DNA of 64,000 bases from Octopus bimaculoides. Lineage: Eukaryota. Shown here in pieces: positions 12,000 to 24,865 of the stretch. The stretch's first letter is position 1; every line of letters starts with the position of its first letter. The position numbers and the translations under genes are program-made. The stretch covers positions 26,633,937 through 26,697,936 of the forward strand of contig NC_068991.1 in the NCBI RefSeq assembly GCF_001194135.2. The letters run 5' to 3'. The notes under the pieces were generated by a model. It did not search any database, had not been told where the DNA came from, and was given only the letters and a program-made list of their open reading frames with translations.

Positions 12000-12900
12000 T
12001 AAAGATACTACTACTAATTATATGTATAATCCTTCTCATCATTGTCACCGAAATCAATAAACATACATTGATGAACACAACCTCACACCAATAATCATTA
12101 TAACATTTTTTTATATATCTTACTGGCGGGTTTACAGATGAAGATACATTGCCTGGACTAATTACAAACACTAGGCTACTTAGATAATCTTTTCTACTGG
12201 AAGCACAAGGCATCAAATTTGGGGGAAAGGATTAAGTCGATTACAACGGCTCAGGTGCGTAACTGGTACTTATTTTATCGAACCCGAAAGGATGAATGGC
12301 AAAGTCGACCTCAACAGAATTTGAACTCAGAACGTAGCGACAGACGAAATGCTGCTAAGCATTTCGCCCAGCGTGCTAACGATTCTGCCAGCTCGCCACT
12401 TCTAGGCTATTTACATAATAGAATATGCCAGCAGATACTTGCAAGACAACAGTATGAACTCATAATTGTAAATGAAAGATACACAGACATTTACCTAAGA
12501 ACTCTCGAGGACTTGCACACATTGCCAGTTATTTATATTGACAAGTGGCCTCTCCCAGCTGTATTCTTCGACAATCAGCTGCCTACTGAGAATGGCTTCA
12601 TTACATTAGGACATAGTCGACACTCTCACATACGTTCCGGGAAATACACTGGGCTGCAGCACTTATTCATCTCATTCAATTTTCTCTCAACAAGTGGGGA
12701 AGTACTTAATTTTTTAACTACCATGTTAAGAAATTAAGCACTTCCTCACTTGTTGATATCATCTGGCCAAGCCCCATCTCCGGAAGTTATCTATGCTCTG
12801 AACCATTCTCACGAAATGGGCATTTGATTTAAACGAGAATTGAGAATATCCATTTGCACACTGCAACATTTTTTAATACAGGCATTCCCGGTGTTCAACA
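12000..12900 (+). mobile_element. Heavily degraded non-LTR RT relic (R4/Dong-like), interrupted by a SINE
   Basis: YIAWTNYK at ~12145-12170 resembles SIAWIDYK in the 29510 Dong copy; other motifs are only faint. Confidence 0.3.
12183..12401 (-). mobile_element. tRNA-type SINE, family A, full length with TSD
   Basis: The reverse complement has A-box-like tggcagaatcgtt and B-box gttcaaattc. It is flanked by ctaggctactta (12171-12182) and ctaggctattta (12402-12413), an 11/12 match. Confidence 0.9.
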
Positions 12901-12974
12901 CCGTATCTCCATTTATACATACACACATATATAAAATGACATACATACACACATGCACACACACACATACACAT

Positions 12975-13095
12975 ATGTGTGTGTGTGTTCGTGTGTGTGT
13001 GTGTGTGTGTGCGTGTGTGTGTGTCTGTGTCTGTGTATGTGTGTGCGTGCGTGTGTGTGTGTGTGTGTGTTAGTGTGTGTATGTGTGTGTGTTTG
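12975..13095. repeat. (GT)n microsatellite, degenerate
   Basis: Read directly. Similar (CA)/(GT)/(TA)/(ATGT) arrays occur throughout, e.g. 23625-23680, 26166-26230, 33060-33105, 40495-40590, 41340-41460, 54455-54535, 56790-56930, 63915-64000. Confidence 0.95.
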
Positions 13096-13169
13096 AGTGA
13101 ATTGATAGCTCTACCACCTCACCATTAATGAGAACCCAGGTTCGAAATTTCCCCAAGAAGGCTGAAGGG

Positions 13170-13740
13170 TATATGTAAATAATGTACACAATTCCTCATC
13201 CCTTGAATATAGAAATGCATTTGCAAATGAGTTCTGTGGGACAGTTACAGGCGGAAACTTTGGGGCGGCCGAGGTTGTCGGATTCGTGGATTTAGGGATG
13301 GAAATAGATGGCGGAATGCGGACGTTGAGGTTGGTGCGAGGGTGGAAGACGGCATGAGGTCACAAACGGTGGAAGACACGTACTACTTGTAGCAGGGGTG
13401 GGGTAAAACGGGAGGAGGTTATAGAATACGGGAATCCGAAGCTGTCGGAGCGCTTCCTCCCTGTACATGTCAGCGTACCTCACCACCGGCTTGACGATCA
13501 TGTCGTTCTGGCGACCAAGGTTTTCAAGGATTGCCCATTTATTCCGGGTAATGTTACTCAGGCGGGATACTTTTTTCAAACTGATTCGGTCGACCTGCAT
13601 GTTGCAGTCGTGCACGAACAAGCCCAGGCTGCTGAACTGGCCGGGAAGCAGTGTCCATTTGGATGGGTAGCGCCCCAGCTCTGAGAAGCAATCCCGATTG
13701 TTGTGACGCTGTGTAGACAAGTGGAAAAATGCGCACAAAA
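13170..13740 (-). mobile_element. Penelope-like element RT N-terminal fragment
   Basis: KWTLLPGQFSSLGLFVHDC...SNITRNKWAILENL...DMIVKP...YREEALRQL..PVFYNLLPFYPT...IYFHP*IHESDNLGRPKVSACNCPTELI matches PLE motifs SN.T..E..AL..L....DI.IKPADKG, Y..EA.RQL and YFLPKIHK...GRPIVS. The ADKGGAVVV part is deleted. GC-rich island. Confidence 0.85.
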
Positions 13741-15046
13741 TGAAGTGATTATATTCGTAGCATTGTCTACATCAAAATTGACATTTAATTATTGAAGCTC
13801 ACTGATTCCTGTTTAATGTTATAATTATCCTTTGGCATTGTAGAATATACATTTTTTTTTTTACATTTCAGATCGGATTGCCACGAAGAATTATGCACAA
13901 AATTCGAAAATGGCAACAATGATAAGACAAAGAATTTGTTTTTAAATAAAAATAAAAACAGCTACGAACATTTTTAACAGTGGTGACAAATATTTTTAAT
14001 TTTGCCAATATTTAAGGGGAAAAAAACTGAACAGATAAGCTCCAATTATTTTACAGCGACCGCCACGGAGAGAATTGTGGAAAGGATTTGTGGCCAAGTT
14101 GGCGACTTATTTCAATTTGAATAAAATCACTCTCGAAGAGATAAAATATTTTTCAATAGAATTGGTAGTTGAAACTGACTAATAATTTGATGGTGCCAAA
14201 ATATTACACAAACTGTAAAATATTTGACACAGTGGGAACTTGCCTGCTCATATTGATGAGGAGAGAAATCCTTGATTTTGTGATATATTTTTACAGCCGC
14301 TTTCAAAAGAATGGAATGAATAGTGTCAATGTTGTGGCGGAATCAATACAGATATCAATAGATTGTGACTTCAGACGCACAGATCATATGATCAGTAATA
14401 CACTGATTATGTTGAGATGTATGAAGAATGTGCAGCAAACTGAAACAGTCCCAAATCTTACGAAAAAGAAAAAGAAAGCGACAGTAGAAATTTCTATGGT
14501 AGTTGAGAGCACGGCAGATGGCGCTGTACAGAAGCTGAAAATGTATGCCGAGTTTGTGCATTGAAAGAATAAATAAATTATTGAACAAGAATCAAATATA
14601 AAATTGCAATTGACGCAAAGCCATCAATCATGAAGTAAAACTATACACCCCCAATTTAGAATGCAACTTTTTCTATAATCTAATCTACAGGCAGACAATA
14701 AAAAAAGTAACGCAATGAATTAGAATTTTAAAAGCGAATAGTGTGAAGTGTTTCAGATTTAAGAAATATTGCATAGTTATAACAGGTAATGAAACCAATG
14801 AAACCAAGTTTCTTCAAATACCGTTGACAATACAAAGATAGTTAACAGTATCTGAATGTGATACTGAAGAGGCTCTATCCCTAATTTCAACATATGGTAG
14901 CTGAAACTAGGGACGGCTGAATAGAAATCGATTGAAATATAGCGTTCTGTTTTTGAACCTGTTTCATTGGAAGTTTATTGCAGAATTTCATATGTGTGTG
15001 TGTGTTTGTGTGTGTTCGTGTGTAGAAATATATGATATGATATATA

Positions 15047-15422
15047 TCTATATATATAAATGTGTAATGATGTCTGTTTGTGTGGGGGTTTGGGGTTACT
15101 GTAACTCCTCCTACACCGTCCAACCGATTTTAATGATTTTTGGCACATAGGTAGATCACATGCCCTGAAGTTAAAATATGGCTGGAATTTTTAGAAAACT
15201 GGATAATGCTTAGTTGGCATCCATTTTTGTGAGCTCAATCGGGCGTTCCAATAGAAATTCCCATAACGATGTTATTTTTCCTGCAGCTTTTGCACTTTTT
15301 CACGTGTAAAATTTCAACAAAATAAACAGAATAATGTCTAAAGAAATACTTATTCAATACAAGGTCAGAGGAGGTCTTAACTTCAACACAGAAAACACGA
15401 GCAACGCGGGTCCAACAGCTAG
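15047..15422 (+). mobile_element. Non-autonomous Helitron (376 bp)
   Basis: 5' A|TCTATATATATAAATG start, internal aactcctcctacaccgtccaaccgattttaatgatttttggcaca core, decayed subterminal hairpin acacgag-caa-cgcgggt (15395-15411) and 3' CTAG|T. Inserted between A and T with no TSD. Confidence 0.8.
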
Positions 15423-15463
<41 letters not shown>

Positions 15464-16629
15464 NNNNNNNNNNNNNAGAGAGAGAGAGAGAGAGAGATAC
15501 ATGTGTGTGTGCGTGTGTGTGTGTGTGTGTGTATGTGTATATATATGACAGGCATAAATAACGGCCTTTATACATTTATTTGTGCAGCTGTTTCGTGTAT
15601 TCCCTTTTGGTGTATTCATGGTTCAGTTTAATCAATCAATCGACTGACCGATTGAAAATATACTTAGGCAGCTAGGATATTTCTAATTTTGCTCAAAATA
15701 TATCTAATTTGTTATAGGAATTCATATAAGTACATGATGTTTAACAGATTACTGTTGATTTAGTGCTAGTAATCAGGGATTAAATATTTATAACAGGTAA
15801 TGTCGCAGTAATGCTAAGATTACATCAGACCTGAAATATATGACTAGGTATCATTAATCCGATTGCAATGATATGCTAAGCTATCATTCATAAAATGGTT
15901 GTTATGATAAATTACACAGGTGCAAAGTGAAAGGATAAAACAAGGCAAAACAAAATAAAATAAACATGAAACCATAAAAAGAATGCGAAACAGAGTCTTA
16001 AGTAAAATACAATGAAAATAAAATGGGAGAATAAGGTAATTGATATGGAAAAATGAAGCATAACATAAATGGAATCCTCATGCCATAAAAATAGAGACAA
16101 GTGTAAAGAAATTTGCTAATTCCAGTAACTAATAAGAATAACGACTGCCATTTAATGTAAATATGTATCATACACAATCTATTACACCAGTAAAGTTTGT
16201 AAGTGTTACCATATCCAATTCCTCTTGTGATTCATGTAAAGGTTTTGTTGTAAATACATTTACGTCAAACCGCTAGTTCCTGTCGTTTATTTATGGTCTT
16301 ATACTCAAACGAAACTATTAACAATGACTCTACTAGGAAAAGTTCACATCTCGTTTTTCCTACGTCATGGGGTGGTACACTTGCTCAATATCGAGCAGTT
16401 AGTATTATACTTTATTTTGCTTAGCTTAATTTGCGAAATTAGCTTGCTCAGTGGAGACGAGATTCCTTTTCCCCATGCCAAATCATGAGACGTGGTCATA
16501 AAATCAAGATTTGAAATGTTTTGTGGAAACATCCTATTTAATGGCAAAGAGTAACAACCAACCATCAATACTATATATTGTTTTTAAGGCATTGCTTATT
16601 TAATGGGTATTTTTCAGGTCTCTGAATTA

Positions 16630-17286
16630 CAGTTATTACTTGATTAAAACTCATAGCTTAATTTGCTGGGTATAATAGAAAGTGTCAGCTGTCCGCAGCC
16701 AGCAGACTAAGGTGACAATTGTTTACTGATCATGCTTCAAGAAGCCTACGAAGGATTCTTGCAGCTCCAAGGAATGCTGATTTTTGCAGATGTTCTAACT
16801 TTACATTTGTACCGATCTTTTTGAGCCATGTTTGTAGTCGAGTGCTGCTACTTCCAAATGCACCAATCACTATTGGTATCACGTCTACTCTCTCTCATTG
16901 ACCACAACCTTCGTGTATCCCACTTCAAATACTCATAGTTATTCAGTATTTCTTCTTCTTTATTTTTGATCCTATTGTCAACAGCAAATGCTATGTCGAT
17001 TATCGTGCATGTTCTTTCTTTTCTTTTTCAACATGATAATGTCTGGTACGGTAATGGCACTGAATCATTACATCCCACGGGATTTTGCAATTTTCATTCT
17101 CGGTAACTCCTTCTAGGGTCTCCTCATATCACGTCTTTGATCTTTGTATGCCGTAATTTCCACAGAGCACCCAATGAATCATTCTTGCCACATTGTCATG
17201 TCGTCTTTTATATTCACGTTGTGCCAATTTCGCGTATTCACTAACGATATGCCATACTGTTTCACCCTCTCATTAAACATTCTGCG

Positions 17287-17287
<1 letters not shown>
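16630..17287 (-). mobile_element. Dong/R4-clade LINE 3' fragment (CCHC + RLE + 3' UTR)
   Basis: Across frameshifts: RMFN..GETVWHIVSEYAKLAQREYK.RHDNVARMIHWVLC...ENENCKIPWD...PDIIMLKKKERTCTIIDIA...VIPIVIGAFG...LQKSAFLGAARILRRLLEA*. Confidence 0.92.
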
Positions 17288-17364
<77 letters not shown>

Positions 17365-17390
17365 GTTGTTGTTATTATTATTATTATTAT
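17288..17390. repeat. (TTA)n microsatellite at the Dong 5' junction
   Basis: Read directly. Confidence 0.95.
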
Positions 17391-19114
17391 AAAGCTAGAC
17401 TGTAATATTTCTCTTGATTTTTGAAGATGTTTAGGCGTGCTGTAAATTTAGATATTCTAATTGACACCACACTTTACAATATAGTTTATTATACAATATA
17501 GTTTGGCTTGCGAAATGGATAATGCAGTCCAGTATTAAGGTCGAGTATAAAAGCTAAAACACAACAAGCTTAGTGCGTTCGTTTTCTATAGAGAAAGAAA
17601 CTCCAAATACCATAAAGAATTAAATTTTTACTTGTACCTTTCAATGTTACTTTTGCCTCAATTATGTATAGCAATTAATGTTATTATCCATCCCCAATTC
17701 AAGGAAAACTCCGTTTATGAACTTTGAAATATATTACCCTCTAAATCATTCAAATGACCATGATAGTTCGATTCCATATTGATATCGGACTTGGTGGGCC
17801 TTTCCTTCCCAGTCCAAAGCTTACCTTCAAATTCGGTAATTGTTTTCCTCTTCTCAATTATAATCGATTACATTTTTAGTTAATCTAGGAGTTTCCCTCG
17901 CAAAAATGTGTCTCAATTAATAAGAAAGTGTTGATGGATGCAAAGTAGTTAGAGATATTTATTAGTATGAATCTAAACCATTGCAGACGTCCACGCGAAT
18001 TTGCTCCTAATAGCAATTTGATTAATTTACTAGATATGGGTAAATGTTTATCTATAATTCCTAAATTTCCTCGCGTCTCACTTCAACGGGCATAGGAGCC
18101 TGATTATGGGATTTGTAGCAATGTTCAACGTATGATCTCTTATGCTGCTACGCAGTTAGTGATATAATTTTACACACACATACACATACGCACACATATG
18201 TGTCTTTATGTATGTGTGTAATATAAGTAGATATGTATGAATATACATATGTATATATGCATATATGCACAAGTGGACTACTCTGAAACATTAGGCCCCA
18301 TATTTTCCAAGTGCTTATAGGGTCCGTACTTAACAACCTTTGCCTTGACAGCTTTAAACATTTCCTTTTGAATTATATATATATTTGCTCTTTCTCGTAA
18401 TATGTCTTGTACCAGCGTCCTGATTTGGAAACAGAATAGTGTGGTGAGGATAATTGTACGCTGAAAAAACAAAACAAATGAAACAGCGTTTAAAATCTGT
18501 GTGAATATATGTGTGCATGTACAAGGAATGTGTGTGAGTGTGTGTGCGCGTGTGCAAGCGCAATGGATGTGGGATGGTTGGGTTCTGTGAATGTGTGTGC
18601 GCGTGTTTATCTGTGTAGGTGTGTATTTGTGTGTGTGTGTGCACGTGTATGTGTGCAATGGAAGTGTGATGGTTAACATTCAACGCTCAAAAGAATAATC
18701 GAACTGCGTTTCAACTCTGTAAGTTTGGTATATTTCACTTGAGTAAAACCTGTTGTCTATAAAGGTACGTGTCTATTTTTTGTTGGCATTTCTCGACCAA
18801 ATTTTATTCAGCATCATTATGATTAAATTTATGCATTTCTAATCAATTTGGAGATATTTGCTATCGAGTTGCAGATTTTTAACAATGCATTTGGTGATTA
18901 TTCGCTTTATTTCTCGGGCAAAATTTACAACTTACAATGACAAAATAAAATAATTTCATTCAAAAATTTATGAGCTTTGTTTTTAATAATGTCTTGAAAT
19001 GGCAAATACTTTTTCTAACTGTATTTGCTTCAAAAAACACACTTTTCTTTATATTTAATAATTCTTTATACTTCCTTTTACGATGTACCTAAATAAAAAA
19101 ACATCGTTAAAGAT

Positions 19115-19338
19115 CAGCGTTTCTTAAGCTTTTTCGCGATTCGGTTCCCCTTGGACATTGACAATTTTACTTCTGCTCCCTTGTGTTGATGAAAAATTTA
19201 ATTTAGCTCCCCACGTATCTGAGATAGAACAGCCGGCCCATGAAAAATCTGACAAAGTGAGGGAGTCAGGAAATTTTCATACAACTGGACGCTCCAATCG
19301 AAACAGGGGACCTGAAATGATAAGGTTGAGAAAGGCTG
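19115..19338. mobile_element. hAT/Charlie-type MITE (224 bp)
   Basis: TIRs cagcgtttcttaagctt / aaggttgagaaaggctg (14/17 match); 8-bp TSD ttaaagat / ttatagat. Confidence 0.75.
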
Positions 19339-20544
19339 TTATAGATTATGCCTAACCAAAAGCGAGCACAGCCACATCATCCTTACAGACCGGGTTTAAC
19401 TGCCAGTATATATATATATATATATATGCATATTTGAAGTCCAGTGAATGTAATAGAGTATTTCGTAATCGTAATCCATTCACTGGAGAAATATTAAGTA
19501 GCAAATTCCATTTTCTTTTTTGTTGTTGTTTGTTTTCCTTTCAAAACTTAATTTCTCAACTGACATGCAAATACAGATTTCCATACTCCTGTTTAGAATG
19601 TAATCACTTGATGAGCAATTATTTATTAAAACTCCTTTCCATCATTTGAATGATTCACAATATTACTTAAATGATTGTCGTTTAATTAATGTATGTTTCA
19701 TGAATTTGTAAAGAAAATTATGTACACTTTTATACTTTTAAGTATTCATCGCATTATAACATTGTAGAGTAGTATTGAGCTTTTATGCCATTAGGAATAA
19801 TTTTCTCTATTCGATCGCTTTTGATTTCTTCTTTGAAAATTAAAACCCGAATTACTTTTATTTTAATCATGCTCATTCATTTCCGATAAAACATTCGTTC
19901 ACACAACATGCAAGCATGTATGACACGAGATTGTACATACTGGAATACATGTTCCGGCATATAACCATCCACGCATTAACGGAAATTTTAATGTAAAGAC
20001 AGTTGTGTATACATACAATTCAATTATTTGTTAATCGTAGAAATTGAATGCCTTTCGGATGTAATTTCAGTGCAACACAGATACACAGTTACGAGTAAAA
20101 CTGTGTTGTCACATTAATTTAGCATCGGTTAACAATACAAATTGGATTCCCTGTTACCAGATGTGCAAATTTTGTGGTGATAATGGACAAATAGAATTTG
20201 ACTTTGGAAGTTAGTCTTAAAATAATTTCCAGAGAATATAAGATTAAAATATAAACTGTAGACGCAATGACTTAATAACATTAGACGTTTACTAACTATA
20301 TTTCAAAGGACATTTACACACGTAAAACGAAAAAATTCATAATGCCAGGGAAAGATTCCAATACCTCCACACACAGACATATGCAAATACACATACACAA
20401 AAACACAGACGCGCACATCGCACACGCACGCGCATGAATGGTTCTCCGTCTGTTCGATTTTATCTAGCGGGGAATAATTCTCAAGTAGATTCGTCGAGAT
20501 AGAATGTAGGTTAAATCTGTACAGTTTAAATTACAAGTGCAAGC

Positions 20545-20670
20545 AATCCTGGTGGATATCTGACATCTCGCGGCAAAAGACATTTACGCAACATGCTACG
20601 ACAATGGATCGAATCCAAGACCTCGATGTTGCGAAGTGAAATACTTAATCACTTAGTCAGACTACCAATG
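20545..20670 (-). mobile_element. tRNA-type SINE head (degraded)
   Basis: The reverse complement ggtagtctgactaagtgattaagtatttcacttcgcaacatcgaggtcttggattcgatcc has A-box and B-box-like spacing. Confidence 0.5.
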
Positions 20671-20805
20671 CATATACACATATGCAATCCCTCCCCCCAC
20701 ATACATGTATGCACAGCGCATTTTATTCGTGTGTATACATATTTTTATAGACACAGACACACACACTCATATGTACATATACATGAATATATGTGTGTGT
20801 GTATG

Positions 20806-20847
<42 letters not shown>

Positions 20848-21881
20848 GGATGTCCACTCGTGACCAAAGAAAGTTTTAACTTAACAGAGAATATATAAAG
20901 CCAAGAATATCTTTAATACACCGTAGTCCGACGATGACTTAGCTGTCCAAAACTGTCTTCAGTTATTTTGTTATAACGAATAGGGCATCATTGCAGAAGT
21001 TCTGCAATATCAATGCAAGAATAAAAAACACCTAACATTGGCCACCCCCATGTTTAATCTAGCACTAATCCTTATTATAAATATATCGCTAGCAAGTGAA
21101 CAGTGTAAGCTGCTATATTCAATGCAAACTTTAGCTGCAATTCATAATCGGGTAATATCTCAAGGAACTAGCTATTATGACATTCAAAAGCTGGAACGGT
21201 TTGTCCACAAAAGAAAAATAAACCATCTTTCACTCGAACCAAAAAATTCTATTTATAAGAATCAAACATTAGTTGCCAGTTTCTCTTGACGTTTCTAAAA
21301 ACGCAGTAAAACTCTTTTGACCAAACATGTGTTGGCAAATAGTTCTTTCAAACAAATTTATTCCTATTGCAGAGACGTCACCTAGGATTGTATTTATGAC
21401 TTGAATGTTTATGTAGCCATACAATGAATACAGAGTTGAATAACCTTTCTGTTCTGATATCTCTGTGAATGTCTTGGAGCTAATGGCTTGTTGTTTTGCT
21501 GTGTAGCATTTTATACACGGCAGATAGCTCCAAATTAAAGCATACAATGCAAAAGTTTCCCACTCTTCGTAAATATTTTTAAAGAGAAATGTATAAACAC
21601 ATGTTTTCTATGCCAAATGTTGCATTTTGGGTTACTTAAATCAGATTCAAATTGGAGAGCAAAGATCAGAGATTAACACCTATTCATATTCTGTCAATTC
21701 CACTGTTATACTAATGTTCTAAAAAGCAATTTCTGAGTTAAGATGCAATGCTCAGAGATGTCCTCCAAGATTCCTGAGTAAATCAATTTCGTAATTTTTT
21801 TGTAGATACTTTATACATAATTCTTTACTTTTTAAGCTGACATGACCTGCTACAAAAGCTAAGTTAAGCAGTAGTATTATA

Positions 21882-23107
21882 TTAGGTTGTTTCACATGAA
21901 ATGTCGCATTTTTAATTACTTGTTATTTCAGACATTTAAAAACTCAATTATATATACCTTGACTATTTTTCTTTCCCAAAAATATTGGTATACAAAATTT
22001 GTACACACATCTTATGAAAACAACCAAACTGTGTTGTGTGATTTTCTCGTATGAGTACAACCTGGGTCATTCTGCCGCAGAAGCTCTACAAAATATAAAT
22101 CAGGCCGCCTTTAGTAATGGTTTTGTTGACATCAGAACTGTTCAGATATCGTTCCAAAGCTCTCGTTCAGGATAGGATAGCCTTGAAATTAAACTAAGGG
22201 GTAGGCCAAAATCAGTTATTCGGCGTGATGGATTAAAAGCTTTGGTTGAACAAAATCCGAGAACAAAGGATCGAAAACCTTCATCAGAACTCCAAACATC
22301 TCGCACAACTGTTTTTGGACACCTGTAAAAAAATTGGAAAACTTAAGAAAACGGATAAATGTGTTCCACAATAACTGAAAGAGATTCAAAGAAACAAACG
22401 CCTCGAAGTGTGCCCCTTATTGCTTTCTTGATTGGAAAAAGACCATTTTTACATCAAATTATTATTTGTGATGAGAAATGGATACTCTTTCACAACAGAA
22501 GGAGAACGGGACAGTGATTAGATGCAGGAGAGTCACCTAAACACTTCCCAAACCCACCATTGAACCCTAAAAAGTCAGAGGTGACCGTATAGTGGTCTGC
22601 GAAGACAGTTATTTATTATTCATTTTTGCCACATGGAAAAACAGTAACAGCAACATCGTTTTACCAGGTAATTGATTGTATGCATGAGCATTTGAAAAAG
22701 AAGCAACCCAGTCTAGTGAAAAGAGATGACCCAATTTTGCTCCACGACTATGCACGTGCCCACACTCCTCACACTACGGTCCAGGTGTTGCAAAGCCTGA
22801 ATTACGAGATTCTGCAACATCCTTCCTCTTCCCCTTGTTTCTCTCCTACTGATCATAACTTATTTAAGCATTTTGAGCTTTTCATAAGCAATAAAACATT
22901 CTTAAATAGTGAAGCATTCGGACAGTCTATCACAGCGAAAAATGAATTTTTTTTTCTCTAAAGTGGAATATATGACATAGAGAAACGTTGGGTAAACGTC
23001 ATAAATGAACATGGATTATACATTGATTAAATAAATCAGTTCTCTAACACTTCAAGAACATTTTATTGTTACTTTTCAAATACGACATTTCGTGTGAAAC
23101 AACCTAA
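21882..23107 (+). mobile_element. Full-length mariner DNA transposon (1226 bp), inactive
   Basis: 30-bp TIRs ttaggttgtttcacatgaaatgtcgcattt (21882-21911) and aaatacgacatttcgtgtgaaacaacctaa (23078-23107), 2 mismatches. TA TSD on both sides. Confidence 0.97.
22014..23030 (+). pseudogene. Mariner DD34D transposase pseudogene
   Basis: HTH region YEYNLGHSAAEALQNIN...RTVQ, linker DKCVPQ*L (WVPHEL), IITCDEKWILF, LLHDYARAH and SSPCFSPTDHNLF with exactly 34 residues between the second and third D. Several stops and frameshifts. Confidence 0.93.
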
Positions 23108-23429
23108 TATATGTCAGCCTATACGTACATACACGTACGCGCACGCAAGAGTTAATTATTCTGTCATCAATTTAGGAAAAAATACCGCTGACAAATAGCG
23201 CGGATGAAAATAATGTGTGATGTAAGTAAATCTAATAGAATAGCGAATGAAACTTGCACTAAAACCTATCAAAAAATATAACTCAAATATTATAAATCTA
23301 CACAAAAGTATTTGAAAGCTTATATTCAAAAGCATAACTAAGTGTTGCAGTAGAAAATTCAGAAGGAGCTTAGGTGGTGGTAGTTGTAGGCAAATCTTAA
23401 CGTGTATATTAAATTTTTATTCTTTTATT

Positions 23430-23626
23430 CTTTTATTTGTTTCAATGATTTTTACTGGGGTTATGGTGGAGCACCAATTTAATGAGTTGTAGTCACAGAA
23501 ATCGACACCAGTACTTATTTTTTAAAAGCACGGTGCTTATTTTATCGGTTTCGTTTATCGAAATGTTAAATTACGGGGACATAAACACACCAACATCGGT
23601 TGTCAGGTGATGGTAGGAGACAAACA

Positions 23627-23684
<58 letters not shown>

Positions 23685-23839
23685 TATACATGCATATATG
23701 GGTAGAGGACGTCGAAAACATTAACCAACATGAAATACGAAAACAAATGAGTTGAATACGCAAGCAACGAGAGAAACAAATGTAAAACAGGACAAGACCT
23801 TTTACCCAAGATGCCTCGCAGTGGGACTGAACCCGAAAC
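23430..23839 (-). mobile_element. SINE family B with internal (CA)n, minus strand
   Basis: aaatcgacaccagtacttatt...gttaaattacggggacataaacacaccaacatcggttgtc plus cccaagatgcctcgcagtgggactgaacccgaaac; same family as 48075-48460. Confidence 0.7.
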
Positions 23840-24769
23840 NNNNNNNNNNNNNNNNNNNNNNNNNNNNNNNNNNNNNNNNNNNNNNNNNNNNNNNNNNNNN
23901 NNNNNNNNNNNNNNNNNNNNNNNNNNNNNNNNNNNNNNNNNNNNNNNNNNNNNNNNNNNNNNNNNNNNNNNNNNNNNNNNNNNNNNNNNNNNNNNNNNNN
24001 NNNNNNNNNNNNNNNNNNNNNNNNNNNNNNNNNNNNNNNNNNNNNNNNNNNNNNNNNNNNNNNNNNNNNNNNNNNNNNNNNNNNNNNNNNNNNNNNNNNN
24101 NNNNNNNNNNNNNNNNNNNNNNNNNNNNNNNNNNNNNNNNNNNNNNNNNNNNNNNNNNNNNNNNNNNNNNNNNNNNNNNNNNNNNNNNNNNNNNNNNNNN
24201 NNNNNNNNNNNNNNNNNNNNNNNNNNNNNNNNNNNNNNNNNNNNNNNNNNNNNNNNNNNNNNNNNNNNNNNNNNNNNNNNNNNNNNNNNNNNNNNNNNNN
24301 NNNNNNNNNNNNNNNNNNNNNNNNNNNNNNNNNNNNNNNNNNNNNNNNNNNNNNNNNNNNNNNNNNNNNNNNNNNNNNNNNNNNNNNNNNNNNNNNNNNN
24401 NNNNNNNNNNNNNNNNNNNNNNNNNNNNNNNNNNNNNNNNNNNNNNNNNNNNNNNNNNNNNNNNNNNNNNNNNNNNNNNNNNNNNNNNNNNNNNNNNNNN
24501 NNNNNNNNNNNNNNNNNNNNNNNNNNNNNNNNNNNNNNNNNNNNNNNNNNNNNNNNNNNNNNNNNNNNNNNNNNNNNNNNNNNNNNNNNNNNNNNNNNNN
24601 NNNNNNNNNNNNNNNNNNNNNNNNNNNNNNNNNNNNNNNNNNNNNNNNNNNNNNNNNNNNNNNNNNNNNNNNNNNNNNNNNNNNNNNNNNNNNNNNNNNN
24701 NNNNNNNNNNNNNNNNNNNNNNNTATATATATATATTTATATATATATATCCATATATATATACGTACG

Positions 24770-24865
24770 ACTCTCTTCAGTTTCTCTTTACCGAATCCAC
24801 GCACAAGGTTGGGGGGGTCAGCCTTATGTGGTTGGGAAACAAGCTCATTACCACACACATTGCAG
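24770..24865 (-). mobile_element. SINE family B head fragment
   Basis: The reverse complement gtgtgtggtaatgagcttgtttcccaacc matches the family head gtgtggtaagaagcttgcttcccaacc. Confidence 0.6.

Noticed and set aside
12219-12737. 172-aa ORF
   Set aside because: It has a non-ATG start and is an antisense read of a SINE running into a LINE relic; the product is not a recognisable protein.
21038-21547. Signal-peptide-like ORF (MFNLALILIINISLA...) and a faint Tc1-like KHGGG on the minus strand
   Set aside because: The ORF is short with no homology recognised and no splice or promoter support; a single 5-aa motif is insufficient.
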